A DNA stretch of 64,000 nt, from assembly GCA_965230295.1 (NCBI GenBank), contig OZ246001.1, positions 2,944,001-3,008,000 on the forward strand, given 5' to 3'. The stretch is from Marinicella sp. (GTDB lineage: Bacteria; Pseudomonadota; Gammaproteobacteria; Xanthomonadales; Marinicellaceae). The translations under genes were made by a program, and so were the position numbers. The notes under the pieces were generated by a model that saw nothing but the letters and a program-made list of their open reading frames with translations, was not told the origin of the DNA and did not search any database. The first letter of the stretch is position 1. Every line of letters starts with the position of its first letter. Positions 1-9,446 of this stretch are shown piece after piece.

Positions 1-155
1 TGATGGTCGTTCAGTGGTACATGAGAAACAGAGATTTGTCGCAAGTCATTAACAGCATGCCGTTATTATTTCGATCTCTGATCATTGCAATGGCATTGAT
101 TTTGATATCATTGTCTCCAGGAAATTCAAATGCCTTCATCTATTTCCAATTCTGA
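1..155 (+). CDS. MBOAT family O-acyltransferase (AlgI/PatA/DltB-like), 3' fragment
   Basis: Frame from nt 3 reads MVVQWYMRNRDLSQVINSMPLLFRSLIIAMALILISLSPGNSNAFIYFQF*; terminal FIYFQF is typical of AlgI/PatA-type MBOATs. Truncated by the window edge and absent from the ORF track. Confidence 0.8.
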   Translation, partial: MVVQWYMRNRDLSQVINSMPLLFRSLIIAMALILISLSPGNSNAFIYFQF

Positions 156-1152
156 CAGAAATCACTGGCTGCTGACCTGGATGGTGGTGGCCATCTTGTT
201 GCTGTGTTTTTTTGCAGGCTATGAATATTATTTGAAAAAGCATGGTTTTGAACCAGCCGTAGAGTTCAATAAGGATTTGTGGAGTTGGCATCGCCGGGCT
301 GCTTCTGACCACCCTGAAGTCATCGCGTTGATAGGAACATCCCGCATGCAGTTGGGAATCAACACAGCAACCATGCGAGCACAATTCCCCAACAACAAAA
401 TCGTTCAGCTGGCCATCAATGGTCAATACCCAATGGCTTCAATGAAATCCTTGGCGGATGATGAATCGTTCACTGGCACTGTCATCATGTCATTCATGGC
501 ACAGATGCTGGAGCCAAGGTATGAAGACATGCAAGCAGAATACAATGATTATGCCCAATATGAATCCAGTTGGTATTTGGCACTGGACTCGTGGTTGACG
601 GCAAAATTCAAGTATCAGTTTCGTTTCTTGCATCCACTGTTAGGGCTTAAAGATCTGGTCAATCACTGGTCTAAGTACCACAGCATGCCAAAGCCCTTTT
701 ATGCGAGTGCTCATTATGACGGCAGTGCCTTTGGCGATTACACCAAAGTAAACACCATTCCTCTGAAAAAACATTTCATCTCAGAAAAGAGAAAAAACTA
801 TCAAGAGTACCCAATCATGAATACCCTGATTTGGCAGGAACAAGTCAAGAAGTTAGCTGACTACATCAAAAAGATTAAGCACAAAGGTGGGCAAGTGATA
901 CTGGTCCGTTTTCCAACCAGTGACGACCATTGGGTCTTGGATGAACAGTTTTATCCCAGGCATCAATTTTGGGACACCCTGGTGAATGCGATACCTGCTG
1001 CCCATTTCATTCATTTCAAAGACGATGAAATCCTGCGCTCATTTGAATTGCCTGATTCTTCACACTTGGATCAAAAAGATGCCATACCGTTCACTGTCAG
1101 AATCATTGAGATACTCAAAGACAAGCAGTACATACCAGATGCGAAAAACTGA
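130..1152 (+). CDS. SGNH-like periplasmic acyltransferase partner of the MBOAT (AlgJ/PatB/DltD-like)
   Basis: N-terminal TM anchor, IGTSR (Ser block) and DSSHL (DxxH); overlaps the MBOAT end by 26 nt. Confidence 0.65.
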   Translation: MPSSISNSDRNHWLLTWMVVAILLLCFFAGYEYYLKKHGFEPAVEFNKDLWSWHRRAASDHPEVIALIGTSRMQLGINTATMRAQFPNNKIVQLAINGQYPMASMKSLADDESFTGTVIMSFMAQMLEPRYEDMQAEYNDYAQYESSWYLALDSWLTAKFKYQFRFLHPLLGLKDLVNHWSKYHSMPKPFYASAHYDGSAFGDYTKVNTIPLKKHFISEKRKNYQEYPIMNTLIWQEQVKKLADYIKKIKHKGGQVILVRFPTSDDHWVLDEQFYPRHQFWDTLVNAIPAAHFIHFKDDEILRSFELPDSSHLDQKDAIPFTVRIIEILKDKQYIPDAKN

Positions 1153-1215
1153 TGAGTTCATCTGTCTGAACTAACCGGCAGAAGATGAGTCCAAAGCTAA
1201 AAACAGGACCAAGCT

Positions 1216-1902
1216 TTGATATTTAAAACATTACTTTTTTTGCTGTTAACCCAAGTGCAGATACCAACCAGCCAGCGGTCTGAAGCCGCCATTCAGAACA
1301 CCACCCCTCGCTTAAAAGCATCCTTTCAGCAAAAGCAGTTAAACTGGGGTTCACCTGTTTACATTCGGATCTTTAAAGCCAATAAAGAGCTGCAAGTGTG
1401 GATCAAAAGCAAGCAAGGATTTGTGTTGTTCAAATCTTATCCAGTCTGTACCTATTCAGGTCAATTAGGGCCCAAGTTGAAAGAAGGTGATTTTCAAAGT
1501 CCAGAAGGATTTTATTATGTCAAACCCAATCAATTGAATCCCTGGAGTCGATTCCATTTGTCTTTCAATTTGGGCTTTCCCAATGCTTATGATCGAGCAC
1601 AAGGGCGCACAGGCAGTGCATTGATGGTGCATGGATCTTGTGTTTCAATTGGCTGTTATGCGATGACAGATGCCCAAATCGAAGAAATATACACTTTGAT
1701 GGATGCTGCCTATCAAGCTGGACAACCGTTCATTCGGGTGCACATTTTTCCATTCGAGATGAACCAGGCCAACATGTCAGCTCATAAAAACTCACCTTGG
1801 ATTGATTTTTGGACCCATTTAAAAATCGGTCATGACTTCTTTGCCGATAACAACCGCCCACCCAATGTCGAAGTGGTGGACGGCATGTATGTTTTTGATT
1901 GA
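1216..1902 (+). CDS. L,D-transpeptidase catalytic-domain protein (YafK/DpaA-like)
   Basis: Signal peptide; GPK..EGD.QSPEGFY, LGFPNAYD and MVHGSCVSIGCYAM motifs. Confidence 0.85.
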   Translation: MIFKTLLFLLLTQVQIPTSQRSEAAIQNTTPRLKASFQQKQLNWGSPVYIRIFKANKELQVWIKSKQGFVLFKSYPVCTYSGQLGPKLKEGDFQSPEGFYYVKPNQLNPWSRFHLSFNLGFPNAYDRAQGRTGSALMVHGSCVSIGCYAMTDAQIEEIYTLMDAAYQAGQPFIRVHIFPFEMNQANMSAHKNSPWIDFWTHLKIGHDFFADNNRPPNVEVVDGMYVFD

Positions 1903-1905
1903 TTC

Positions 1906-3132
1906 TTAATTGCCGGTAATTTCTGTCGATTGATTCGACTTTGAATTTTTACCATACTGGGTTTTGAGTACCAAGTAACCGATCAAAGCTGAAATCAAAG
2001 AGCCGACAATGATACCCAGTCGTTCATCGAATACCATGTCGAATTGAGTTTCTTCATAGGCCAGGGAGCCAATGAATAAACTCATGGTGAAGCCAATGCC
2101 GCACAAAGCTGCAATCCCGTATAAGGAGACCCAATTACTTCGTTCTGGTAGAGTGGCCCACTTCATTTTGATGGCCAGCCAACACAATCCAAAGATACCC
2201 ACTTGCTTACCGACCACCAGTCCCAAAGCGATGCCTAGCGGGACAGGGTGCAACAGTTGCTCAACACCGATTCCGGATAAGTTAATACCTGAATTGGCAA
2301 AAGCGAATATGGGTAAAATAATGTATGCCACTGCCGAATGCAGGTTATGTTCTAATTCTTTCAAGGGCGAATAATCCGGTTTGATTTTTGACTTAATGGG
2401 TATGAACATGGCCAAGATCACTCCGGTTAATGTGGCATGAACGCCAGATTTCAGCATGGCTACCCACATCACAATGCCAATCATGATGTATGTACTGGTG
2501 GCTTCAATGCCTTTTTTGTTGATCAGCCACAGCAAAGGAATACAAATGGCCACCACAATCAATGCAGTCATGGAGATTTGTGAGGTGTAGAAAAAGGCAA
2601 TCACCAATATGGCTCCAATGTCATCAAAAATGGCGAGTGAGGTGAGGAAGATTTTCAAGCTGGTTGGGACTCTGGGACCCAATATTTTCAGAACACCTAA
2701 AGCAAAAGCGATGTCTGTGGCTGCCGGTATGGCCCATCCTTGTAAAGCCATCGGGTCGTCTTTATTGAACCAAAAGAACACCATGGCAGGAACCAACATA
2801 CCGCCCACAGCACCGATGCCAGGTAGAATGATGTTCTTCTTGTCAGACAGTTCACCTTCTATCAATTCTCTTTTTAACTCTAAACCGACCAAAAAGAAAA
2901 ACACAGCCATCAAACCATCATTGATCCACAGTAACAATGGTTTGGCAATATTCAATGCCCCGATCTGAATGGCCACTGGTGTATCCAAAAGCAAGTTGTA
3001 ATAACTGGTGAGCGGAGAGTTGGCAATCAGCATGGCCAACACGGCTGAGAAAAATAACAAGATACCAGCGGATGACTCCATTCTGAAAAAGTTTTTAATA
3101 AATGATACGGCTGCTTTTTGCATGGTTTTCAC
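1906..3132 (-). CDS. nhaA: Na+/H+ antiporter NhaA
   Basis: WINDGLMAVFF, GWAIPAATDIAFALG, LAIFDDIGA, GIGFTMSLFI; start may be the ATG at 3123. Confidence 0.96.
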   Translation of the reverse strand: MKTMQKAAVSFIKNFFRMESSAGILLFFSAVLAMLIANSPLTSYYNLLLDTPVAIQIGALNIAKPLLLWINDGLMAVFFFLVGLELKRELIEGELSDKKNIILPGIGAVGGMLVPAMVFFWFNKDDPMALQGWAIPAATDIAFALGVLKILGPRVPTSLKIFLTSLAIFDDIGAILVIAFFYTSQISMTALIVVAICIPLLWLINKKGIEATSTYIMIGIVMWVAMLKSGVHATLTGVILAMFIPIKSKIKPDYSPLKELEHNLHSAVAYIILPIFAFANSGINLSGIGVEQLLHPVPLGIALGLVVGKQVGIFGLCWLAIKMKWATLPERSNWVSLYGIAALCGIGFTMSLFIGSLAYEETQFDMVFDERLGIIVGSLISALIGYLVLKTQYGKNSKSNQSTEITGN

Positions 3133-3223
3133 ATAAATTTGATTGCTAGAAGATATAGTAGCAAATGTTTAACATTCAAGGTAAATCGTAATGATTTACA
3201 TTCTAATTTAGAGAGGTTTGTCA

Positions 3224-4579
3224 ATGAATTTGGTGTGGTTTCGAAATGACTTGCGATTGGCCGATAACCCGGCTTTGTTTCATGCACTTAATCACCACTC
3301 GAAAACACAGGCCCTATTCATATTAACGCCCAAACAACACCAAAATCATGGTGAAGCCCCTCAAAAATTCGAGTTTATCAAAGCCCATGTGAATGATTTG
3401 ACAAAACGCTTGGCCAAAATGGGTGTTTTTTCGCAGGTATTTGAAGTCAATGACTTTTCTGATGTTCCTGATGTGTTCGATCAACTGTGCTCAAAACACG
3501 AAATTTCCGGGGTTTTTTTCAACACCAATGACTGGGTCAATGAGATTTTGCGCGATCAGTCAGTCAAAGCGGTTTTGACCAGGCAGGCTGTGACTACCCA
3601 TGAATTCCACAGCAATTACCTGTTGCCACCTGGTACGGTGCGTAAAGCAGATGGCAGTATGTACCATGTGTTCACGCCTTATAAAAGGACATTCATCGAA
3701 GCACTGAAGATCAATTATCATTTACCTTTGAATGTCCCGGATGCCCAAGAAGAAGCCATTGATGAACCCAAACAGCTGGCGGTTAATTTCGAATTGAATG
3801 ACTGGCCCATAGGTGAACAGGCTGTTGCAGATCGAATCAAGGTGTTTACTGGACAAAACAACTACCATGAAGAACGCGATTACCCGGCAATAGCCGGTAC
3901 CAGTCAATTGTCTCCATATCTTGCCATAGGGGTGATCAGTGCTCAACAATGCTTGGCCCATGCATTAAAACAACAAGGAGAAGCGGCTTTCAACAGTACG
4001 TGGGTTTCTGAATTGATTTGGCGGGATTTTTATAATGACCTGATGTTTGAATACCCAAAATTGGCCAAAGGACAAACGTTTAAAAAAGAAGCCACTGATG
4101 ACTGGGTTGATGCACCCGATTTGTACCAGGCCTGGCAACAAGGGCAGACGGGTTTTCCTATTGTCGATGCCGGGATGCGTCAGTTGCTCAAAGAAGGCTG
4201 GATGCACAACCGCGTCCGCATGATTGTTGCTTCATTCCTGAGTAAATTGTGCTTGGTCGACTGGCGTTTGGGTGAAGCCCATTTTATGGCTCATTTACTC
4301 GATGGCGATTTGGCCTCTAACAATGGCGGTTGGCAGTGGTCTTCAGCCACCGGATGTGATGCAGCGCCTTACTTTCGAATCTTCAATCCCACCACACAGT
4401 CTAAGAAGTTTGATCCTGATGGCAGCTATATCAGGACCTATGTGCCAGAGTTGTCTCTGCTAGGCAGTAAAGAGATCCACGATCCAAGACCTGAAATCAG
4501 GGCAGCCAACAGTTACCCACAACCCGTCATTGATTATAAAAAAGCGCGTCAGCAAGCACTGGCTTGGTTTAAAAAATAA
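3224..4579 (+). CDS. phrB: Deoxyribodipyrimidine photolyase (class I CPD)
   Basis: WFRNDLRLADNPAL, TSQLSPYL, GWMHNRVRMIVASFL, NNGGWQW, YFRIFNP; AGAGG RBS before ATG 3224. Confidence 0.93.
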   Translation: MNLVWFRNDLRLADNPALFHALNHHSKTQALFILTPKQHQNHGEAPQKFEFIKAHVNDLTKRLAKMGVFSQVFEVNDFSDVPDVFDQLCSKHEISGVFFNTNDWVNEILRDQSVKAVLTRQAVTTHEFHSNYLLPPGTVRKADGSMYHVFTPYKRTFIEALKINYHLPLNVPDAQEEAIDEPKQLAVNFELNDWPIGEQAVADRIKVFTGQNNYHEERDYPAIAGTSQLSPYLAIGVISAQQCLAHALKQQGEAAFNSTWVSELIWRDFYNDLMFEYPKLAKGQTFKKEATDDWVDAPDLYQAWQQGQTGFPIVDAGMRQLLKEGWMHNRVRMIVASFLSKLCLVDWRLGEAHFMAHLLDGDLASNNGGWQWSSATGCDAAPYFRIFNPTTQSKKFDPDGSYIRTYVPELSLLGSKEIHDPRPEIRAANSYPQPVIDYKKARQQALAWFKK

Positions 4580-4737
4580 AAAAATCATAAACTCAATATG
4601 ACAACTCATTTGATGAGAAATAATACAAATAAGTATTCAACAAGGCTTCACGTCCAAGTATTAAAAACTTAATTTTTCATACCGAATTTAATACCATGGT
4701 TTTATACTGAAATAAGTTAGCTCAACGAGAGGAAAAC

Positions 4738-5070
4738 ATGACCGACCCAACAAGACTCATTTGTGAAAAAGCCATGACATATCCAGGTGTGGTAAAAGGG
4801 CAATCATGTAACCAAATGGCCTTTAAAACCGGAAAGAAAAATTTCTTGTTCATTGGTCCTGGTGCTAAAGGCATAGGCTACAAAGCCATGTTTAAATTGG
4901 ATGCATCTGCCAATCAAGCACGTGAACTGGCAGCCAAAGAACCAGAGCGTTATCAGATGGGAGCTTCAGCAGGATGGGCAACCGTCAGGTTTACTGCTGA
5001 AAAGCCAATCCCCCAAGCTATTTGGCAAAAATGGCTCAAGGAATCTTATGATTTGAGTCAAAAGTCTTGA
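4738..5070 (+). CDS. MmcQ/YjbR-like (DUF419-type) small protein
   Basis: 110 aa; AFKTGKKNFLF, GWATVRF and WLKESYDL pattern; GAGG RBS. Confidence 0.6.
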   Translation: MTDPTRLICEKAMTYPGVVKGQSCNQMAFKTGKKNFLFIGPGAKGIGYKAMFKLDASANQARELAAKEPERYQMGASAGWATVRFTAEKPIPQAIWQKWLKESYDLSQKS

Positions 5071-5127
5071 ATAAGTATTGAATAATTCATGCTTTGTTTT
5101 TACTTCACAATGATTTATATCATCTAG

Positions 5128-5680
5128 GGAAAGCTGCTGAACAGCTTGACCCGCCGAGCTGGTTAGGCCACGAATGCAATCATGGCGGTTTGACGAAGTC
5201 AATAAGCCTTGATGAAATGAGTGATAAGACGTGAGCTATTGATGTTGCGGCCGCTATCGCTCCTTGCTATCGCGGCAGACCTACATCCATGTAGGCCAAT
5301 CAGAAGCGAAGAGAATAGCCAATGAACATGTGGCGATTTGACGAAGTCAAGAAGCCTTATGTGAATGGCGTTATAGCACAGGCAATGAAAGTTGGGCGGT
5401 TTTATCGAAGATAAAGAAGCCCGATTTGAATGCCGTAGTGCGTGCGAGATAGCATGTCATGTTCGCAGGTTAGGCAATGAATTCGTTACGGTTTTGCCAA
5501 AGGCAAAGAAGTAACGAGTGAATGCCGTAAACCGTGGACGCTTTCACTTTTGTCTGGAACAGACATACAGTGCGAAGCAACTGCTCAGACAAATAGTCTG
5601 TAAAGGTCGGTTTATTTGCGCAGCAAATATGAAGACCTGTCAGACCATGAACCAGAATGAAGCCCAAAGAACATTCCTTA
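5128..5680 (+). repeat. Modular structured non-coding element, copy 1 (array of GNA-triloop hairpins)
   Basis: At least five related arms of form stem-G(G/A)T-stem-(GAA/AAA/GCA)-stem-(G/T)AA-stem with compensatory changes; 5385-5447 matches the reverse complement of 22932-22994 at 62/63 nt. Confidence 0.85.
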
Positions 5681-5765
5681 TAATGTAACAATTGTTTAAA
5701 AATCAAATATTTACTTTGGATTTGATGTGGTAGGATGGAATCAAATTATATTTTGAGGAGGACAT

Positions 5766-6047
5766 ATGGAATCACTTTTACCATTAATCATACAATTGGT
5801 CAGCGGTGCAGTAGGCGGTAATTTAGCTGGCGGTATTTTAAAGAAATTTTCATTGGGTACCCTGTGGAATTCAGTGGTCGGTATTTTGGGCGGAGGTATA
5901 GGCGGTCAATTACTGGGTATGCTGGGCATGGGTGTCAGTGGTGGCATGGATTTAACCGGCATTTTATCCTCTGTAGCAGCTGGTGGCGCTGGAGGTGGCG
6001 TCTTACTTGGCATTGTTGGCATGATCAAAAAAGCCATGGGTAAATAG
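5766..6047 (+). CDS. Small Gly-rich membrane protein
   Basis: 93 aa, glycine-zipper-like hydrophobic segments, GAGGAGG RBS, downstream terminator. Confidence 0.75.
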   Translation: MESLLPLIIQLVSGAVGGNLAGGILKKFSLGTLWNSVVGILGGGIGGQLLGMLGMGVSGGMDLTGILSSVAAGGAGGGVLLGIVGMIKKAMGK

Positions 6048-6071
6048 TTTCATCCACTCATCTCCAAGAAG

Positions 6072-6097
6072 AGGGACCAAAGGACGGTCCTTTTTTT
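6072..6097 (+). terminator. Intrinsic terminator
   Basis: AGGGACC/GGTCCTT hairpin followed by a T-run. Confidence 0.7.
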
Positions 6098-6201
6098 ATG
6101 CCCAAGTGCTTTAATTAAACACCCGGTCAATTTTTTCAGTACAATGGCTGCCTCATCGAGGGATCAAGAATCCTTGTTATTCAAATGAATGGATTGATTA
6201 A

Positions 6202-6930
6202 ATGCAAAAACTTATCTTAGGTATATGGATTTTAGGGTTTTCCGGACCCTCAATAACTGATGTGTTGGGATTTTCTGTGGGGGCACAATATTGGCATTAT
6301 GACATGGACGGTCAAGTGGAATCACCTTTGTCAGATAACAGCACGGCCAATATTGATTTTTCTGGCAACAGCGACTTGAACCCATATCTTCAATTTGAGC
6401 ACCCGGTACCTTTTGTGCCTAATTTCAAACTGCAACAGAATCAAATACAGGCTCAAGGTATGTTTCCTTTATCCGATCCAGACCTCATGAACGGTCAGGA
6501 AATTTTGGTACGCGGTGATCTGGACTTCAGCCACACGGATTTGATGTTGTATTATGAAGTATTGGACAATTGGCTGAACCTTGATTTGGGCTTCAGTTTC
6601 AAGTATTTCGATGGTCACCAAAGGTTTCAATACCAGAGCACCATTGATGATGAGTCTGACTTTGATGATTTAATCCCGATGGTTTATGCCAAGGGTCAAT
6701 TTGATTTGCCATTCACTGGATTCTCAGCTTTGGCCACTGTTGAAGCTTTGAGTTTTGACAGCAATCATGTGACCGACCTTGATCTGGCGGTGCGTTATGA
6801 AACCTCATTGGGACTGGCAGCAGATTTGGGTTACCGAAATTTTGATGTTGATTTGAAGAAAATCAACGATTACAAAAGCCACATCAAAGCTGATGGGTTT
6901 TATCTGGGCGTGAGTTTTAGGGCCTATTAA
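6202..6930 (+). CDS. Outer-membrane beta-barrel protein (TIGR04219-like)
   Basis: Signal peptide; FEHPVPFVPNFKL and LYYEVLDN motifs; C-terminus altered by the adjacent MITE. Confidence 0.8.
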   Translation: MQKLILGIWILGFSGPSITDVLGFSVGAQYWHYDMDGQVESPLSDNSTANIDFSGNSDLNPYLQFEHPVPFVPNFKLQQNQIQAQGMFPLSDPDLMNGQEILVRGDLDFSHTDLMLYYEVLDNWLNLDLGFSFKYFDGHQRFQYQSTIDDESDFDDLIPMVYAKGQFDLPFTGFSALATVEALSFDSNHVTDLDLAVRYETSLGLAADLGYRNFDVDLKKINDYKSHIKADGFYLGVSFRAY

Positions 6931-7184
6931 CACTATGCAAATAGTGACTGCTGAAGTTACTTTTTCAATCCAGCAAGGCAAAAGTCGTGATGTGTGGTTT
7001 TTCTACATGAACGACTGATAACGCCGTTGGATGGGAAAAGCAGCCCAGCCCTACGGGTTAGGACTGAAATTAACCCACTCTATGTTGCTCATCACTTGAT
7101 GGGGATCACCAACTGCGCTCTTCGCGCCTTGATTGGATTAATTTCAGTCAAAACAGTAACCATTTGCATAGTGTTAACAGGCCC
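6920..7184. mobile_element. MITE (~265 bp, non-autonomous)
   Basis: 31-bp imperfect TIRs: GGGCCTATTAACACTATGCAAATAGTGACTG (6920-6950) versus reverse complement of 7154-7184, GGGCCTGTTAACACTATGCAAATGGTTACTG; no transposase inside. Confidence 0.85.
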
Positions 7185-7223
7185 TGGTTTTTGATCGGCA
7201 TCAAGATTTCATCAGATACCATG

Positions 7224-7251
7224 AAAAGCGTCTCAAAAGAGGCGTTTTTTT
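7224..7251 (+). terminator. Intrinsic terminator (possibly bidirectional)
   Basis: AAAAGCGTCTC-AAAA-GAGGCGTTTTTTT. Confidence 0.7.
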
Positions 7252-7285
7252 GGTTACAATGAATTCAAATCAAAAGGATGTCATT

Positions 7286-9439
7286 ATGCCCATAATAACC
7301 AAAGACTTCGCAGAAGTGATCAACCTGTTGCATGATCAACTGGAACATACATGGGTGGTGGGCACACCTTTAGGTATCGGCAAACCCAACCCATTGGTGA
7401 ATGAGATTTACCAGCATGCTATTGATAACCCTGATCTGAAACTGGATATATTCACCGCATTGTCATTGGCCATTCCCAAAGGCAGTTCGATTCTGGAACA
7501 ACGCTTTCTGGATGCATTCACCCAGCGCTTCTTTGGTGACTACCCAGAATTGACCTACATAGAAGACGTGCAACACAACCGGGTCTCTAATCACATCCAT
7601 GTGCGTGAATTTTACATGCAATCAGGGAAAATGTTGCGCTCGGAAACGGCACAAAGAGCATATGTCAGCAGCAATTACACGCATGTGGCCAGAGACATGG
7701 TTGATCGTGACGTGAACATTGTGTTGCAGATGGTGGCTGTTGAACGTACTGAACAAGGCCCTCAGTACAGCTTAAGTTGCAACCCCGATCTGACCCTCGA
7801 TATCGTCAGAATCGCGGCAGAAAAAGGGAAGCCCAAGCCTTTGGTGATTGCCATGGTCAATGAAGACTTGCCCTACATGGGTGGTCAGGCTGAAGTACCC
7901 ACTGATTTTTTTGACTGTATCCTTGATAACCCTGACCTGTATTTCCCGCCATTTGCCACACCGGCCCAAGCCATCAACCCGACTGATTACAGCATCGGTT
8001 TGTTGGCCAGCACCTTGATTAAAGACGGTGGCACTTTGCAGATTGGTATTGGCTCCTTGGCTGATGCCCTGGTGTACAGTACCCAGCTGCGACACCAGAA
8101 CAATGACACCTATCATGAATTGTTACAACACGCTGGGATCAAAGAAAATTTTGCACCTTTGATTGAACAGGTTGGTGACACCGAACCTTTTGCACAAGGT
8201 TTGTACGCTGCCAGTGAAATGTTTGTTGAAGGTTTTGCCCACCTGTATGATTCAGACATCCTCAAACGAAAAGTGTATCCTGACGCAGAAATTCAACAGT
8301 TGATCAATGAGGGCACGATAACAGAACAGTTAAAACCCAATGTCATCAGTGAGTTGCTGCAGCATCAAGTGATTGATGAAGTGATCACTGAACGCCAGTT
8401 CAAGCGGTTACAATTCCTGGGAATATTAAAAAATGACCTGACTTTCAAGCCCGGCACCATCACCGACGCCGCGGGTCATCAATACGACACCTATTTACAC
8501 GACACCGCCAACCGGCATGCCATCGAACAAAACTGTGTGGGTCACAGATTGCAGCATGGTGCGGTGTTGCATGCGGCCTTTTTTATGGGTTCAAAGCGAT
8601 TTTATGCCTGGTTGCGGGGGCTTAAGCCGGACATTCGACCTTGGTTTCAGATGACCCCGGTCAGCCAAATCAATGAGTTGTATGGTGGAGAGGCCTTAGA
8701 TCGCGTACAACGCATCAAAGCCCGATTTGTGAACACCTGTATGAAAGTGGATGTGTTGGGTGCAGCAGCTTCAGATACCTTGGAAGACCATCAGGTGGTC
8801 AGTGGTGTGGGTGGTCAATACAATTTCGTTGCCATGGCCCATGCCCTGGCTGACAGTCGTTCGATTTTGATGTTGCGCAGCGTGCACAAGGGGAAAAACA
8901 GCATTGAATCTAATATCGTGTGGAAATATGGGTATTGCACGATTCCCAGACACCTCAGAGATGTCGTGATCACTGAATACGGTATGGCGGACTTACGCGG
9001 GCAATCTGATGAAGTGTGTATCCAACGGATGATTTGTATAGCCGACAGTCGCTTCCAGGAAGGCTTAAGGACACAAGCGGTGGCTTATAAAAAACTATCG
9101 GCAGATTGGCAAGTTCCTGAGGCATTCAAAAACAACACACCTGAACGAATCAAAGAGCAGTTTAAGTCATTACAAGGCCAGGGGTATTTTCCTACTCACC
9201 CATTTGGTGAAGATTTCACCGCTGATGAGAAAACCATCATTGCTTCGCTACAATGGTTGAAGAGCCAAACGGCCAATAAGTACGGTACCTTGATGACCCT
9301 GGCCAAAGCCATGTGGTCTAGACCGTCAACAGCCCATCAGCCTTATTTGTCGCTGATGAAATTAGACCGAACCGGCCATTTTAAGGAGAAGTTGGCAGCC
9401 AAGTTGTTGGTTTATGCCTTGCGCCACCATGGGATATAA
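7286..9439 (+). CDS. Acetyl-CoA hydrolase/transferase family protein (long form)
   Basis: PLGIGKPN, DGGTLQIGIG, VVSGVGGQYNFV and VVITEYGMADLRG motifs; AAGGA RBS before ATG 7286. Confidence 0.85.
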   Translation: MPIITKDFAEVINLLHDQLEHTWVVGTPLGIGKPNPLVNEIYQHAIDNPDLKLDIFTALSLAIPKGSSILEQRFLDAFTQRFFGDYPELTYIEDVQHNRVSNHIHVREFYMQSGKMLRSETAQRAYVSSNYTHVARDMVDRDVNIVLQMVAVERTEQGPQYSLSCNPDLTLDIVRIAAEKGKPKPLVIAMVNEDLPYMGGQAEVPTDFFDCILDNPDLYFPPFATPAQAINPTDYSIGLLASTLIKDGGTLQIGIGSLADALVYSTQLRHQNNDTYHELLQHAGIKENFAPLIEQVGDTEPFAQGLYAASEMFVEGFAHLYDSDILKRKVYPDAEIQQLINEGTITEQLKPNVISELLQHQVIDEVITERQFKRLQFLGILKNDLTFKPGTITDAAGHQYDTYLHDTANRHAIEQNCVGHRLQHGAVLHAAFFMGSKRFYAWLRGLKPDIRPWFQMTPVSQINELYGGEALDRVQRIKARFVNTCMKVDVLGAAASDTLEDHQVVSGVGGQYNFVAMAHALADSRSILMLRSVHKGKNSIESNIVWKYGYCTIPRHLRDVVITEYGMADLRGQSDEVCIQRMICIADSRFQEGLRTQAVAYKKLSADWQVPEAFKNNTPERIKEQFKSLQGQGYFPTHPFGEDFTADEKTIIASLQWLKSQTANKYGTLMTLAKAMWSRPSTAHQPYLSLMKLDRTGHFKEKLAAKLLVYALRHHGI

Positions 9440-9446
9440 AGCTGTC

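Noticed and set aside
5128-5680. CRISPR array or integron attC array
   Set aside because: Units vary within their stems, there is no constant repeat with regular spacers, no cas or integrase gene is present, and I found no convincing attC core-site pairs.
4966-5706. ORFs 4966-5202 and 5470-5706 (-)
   Set aside because: They overlap the hairpin element or a real gene and have no recognisable protein features.
6994-7194. 66-aa ORF
   Set aside because: Lies within the MITE and does not resemble a transposase.
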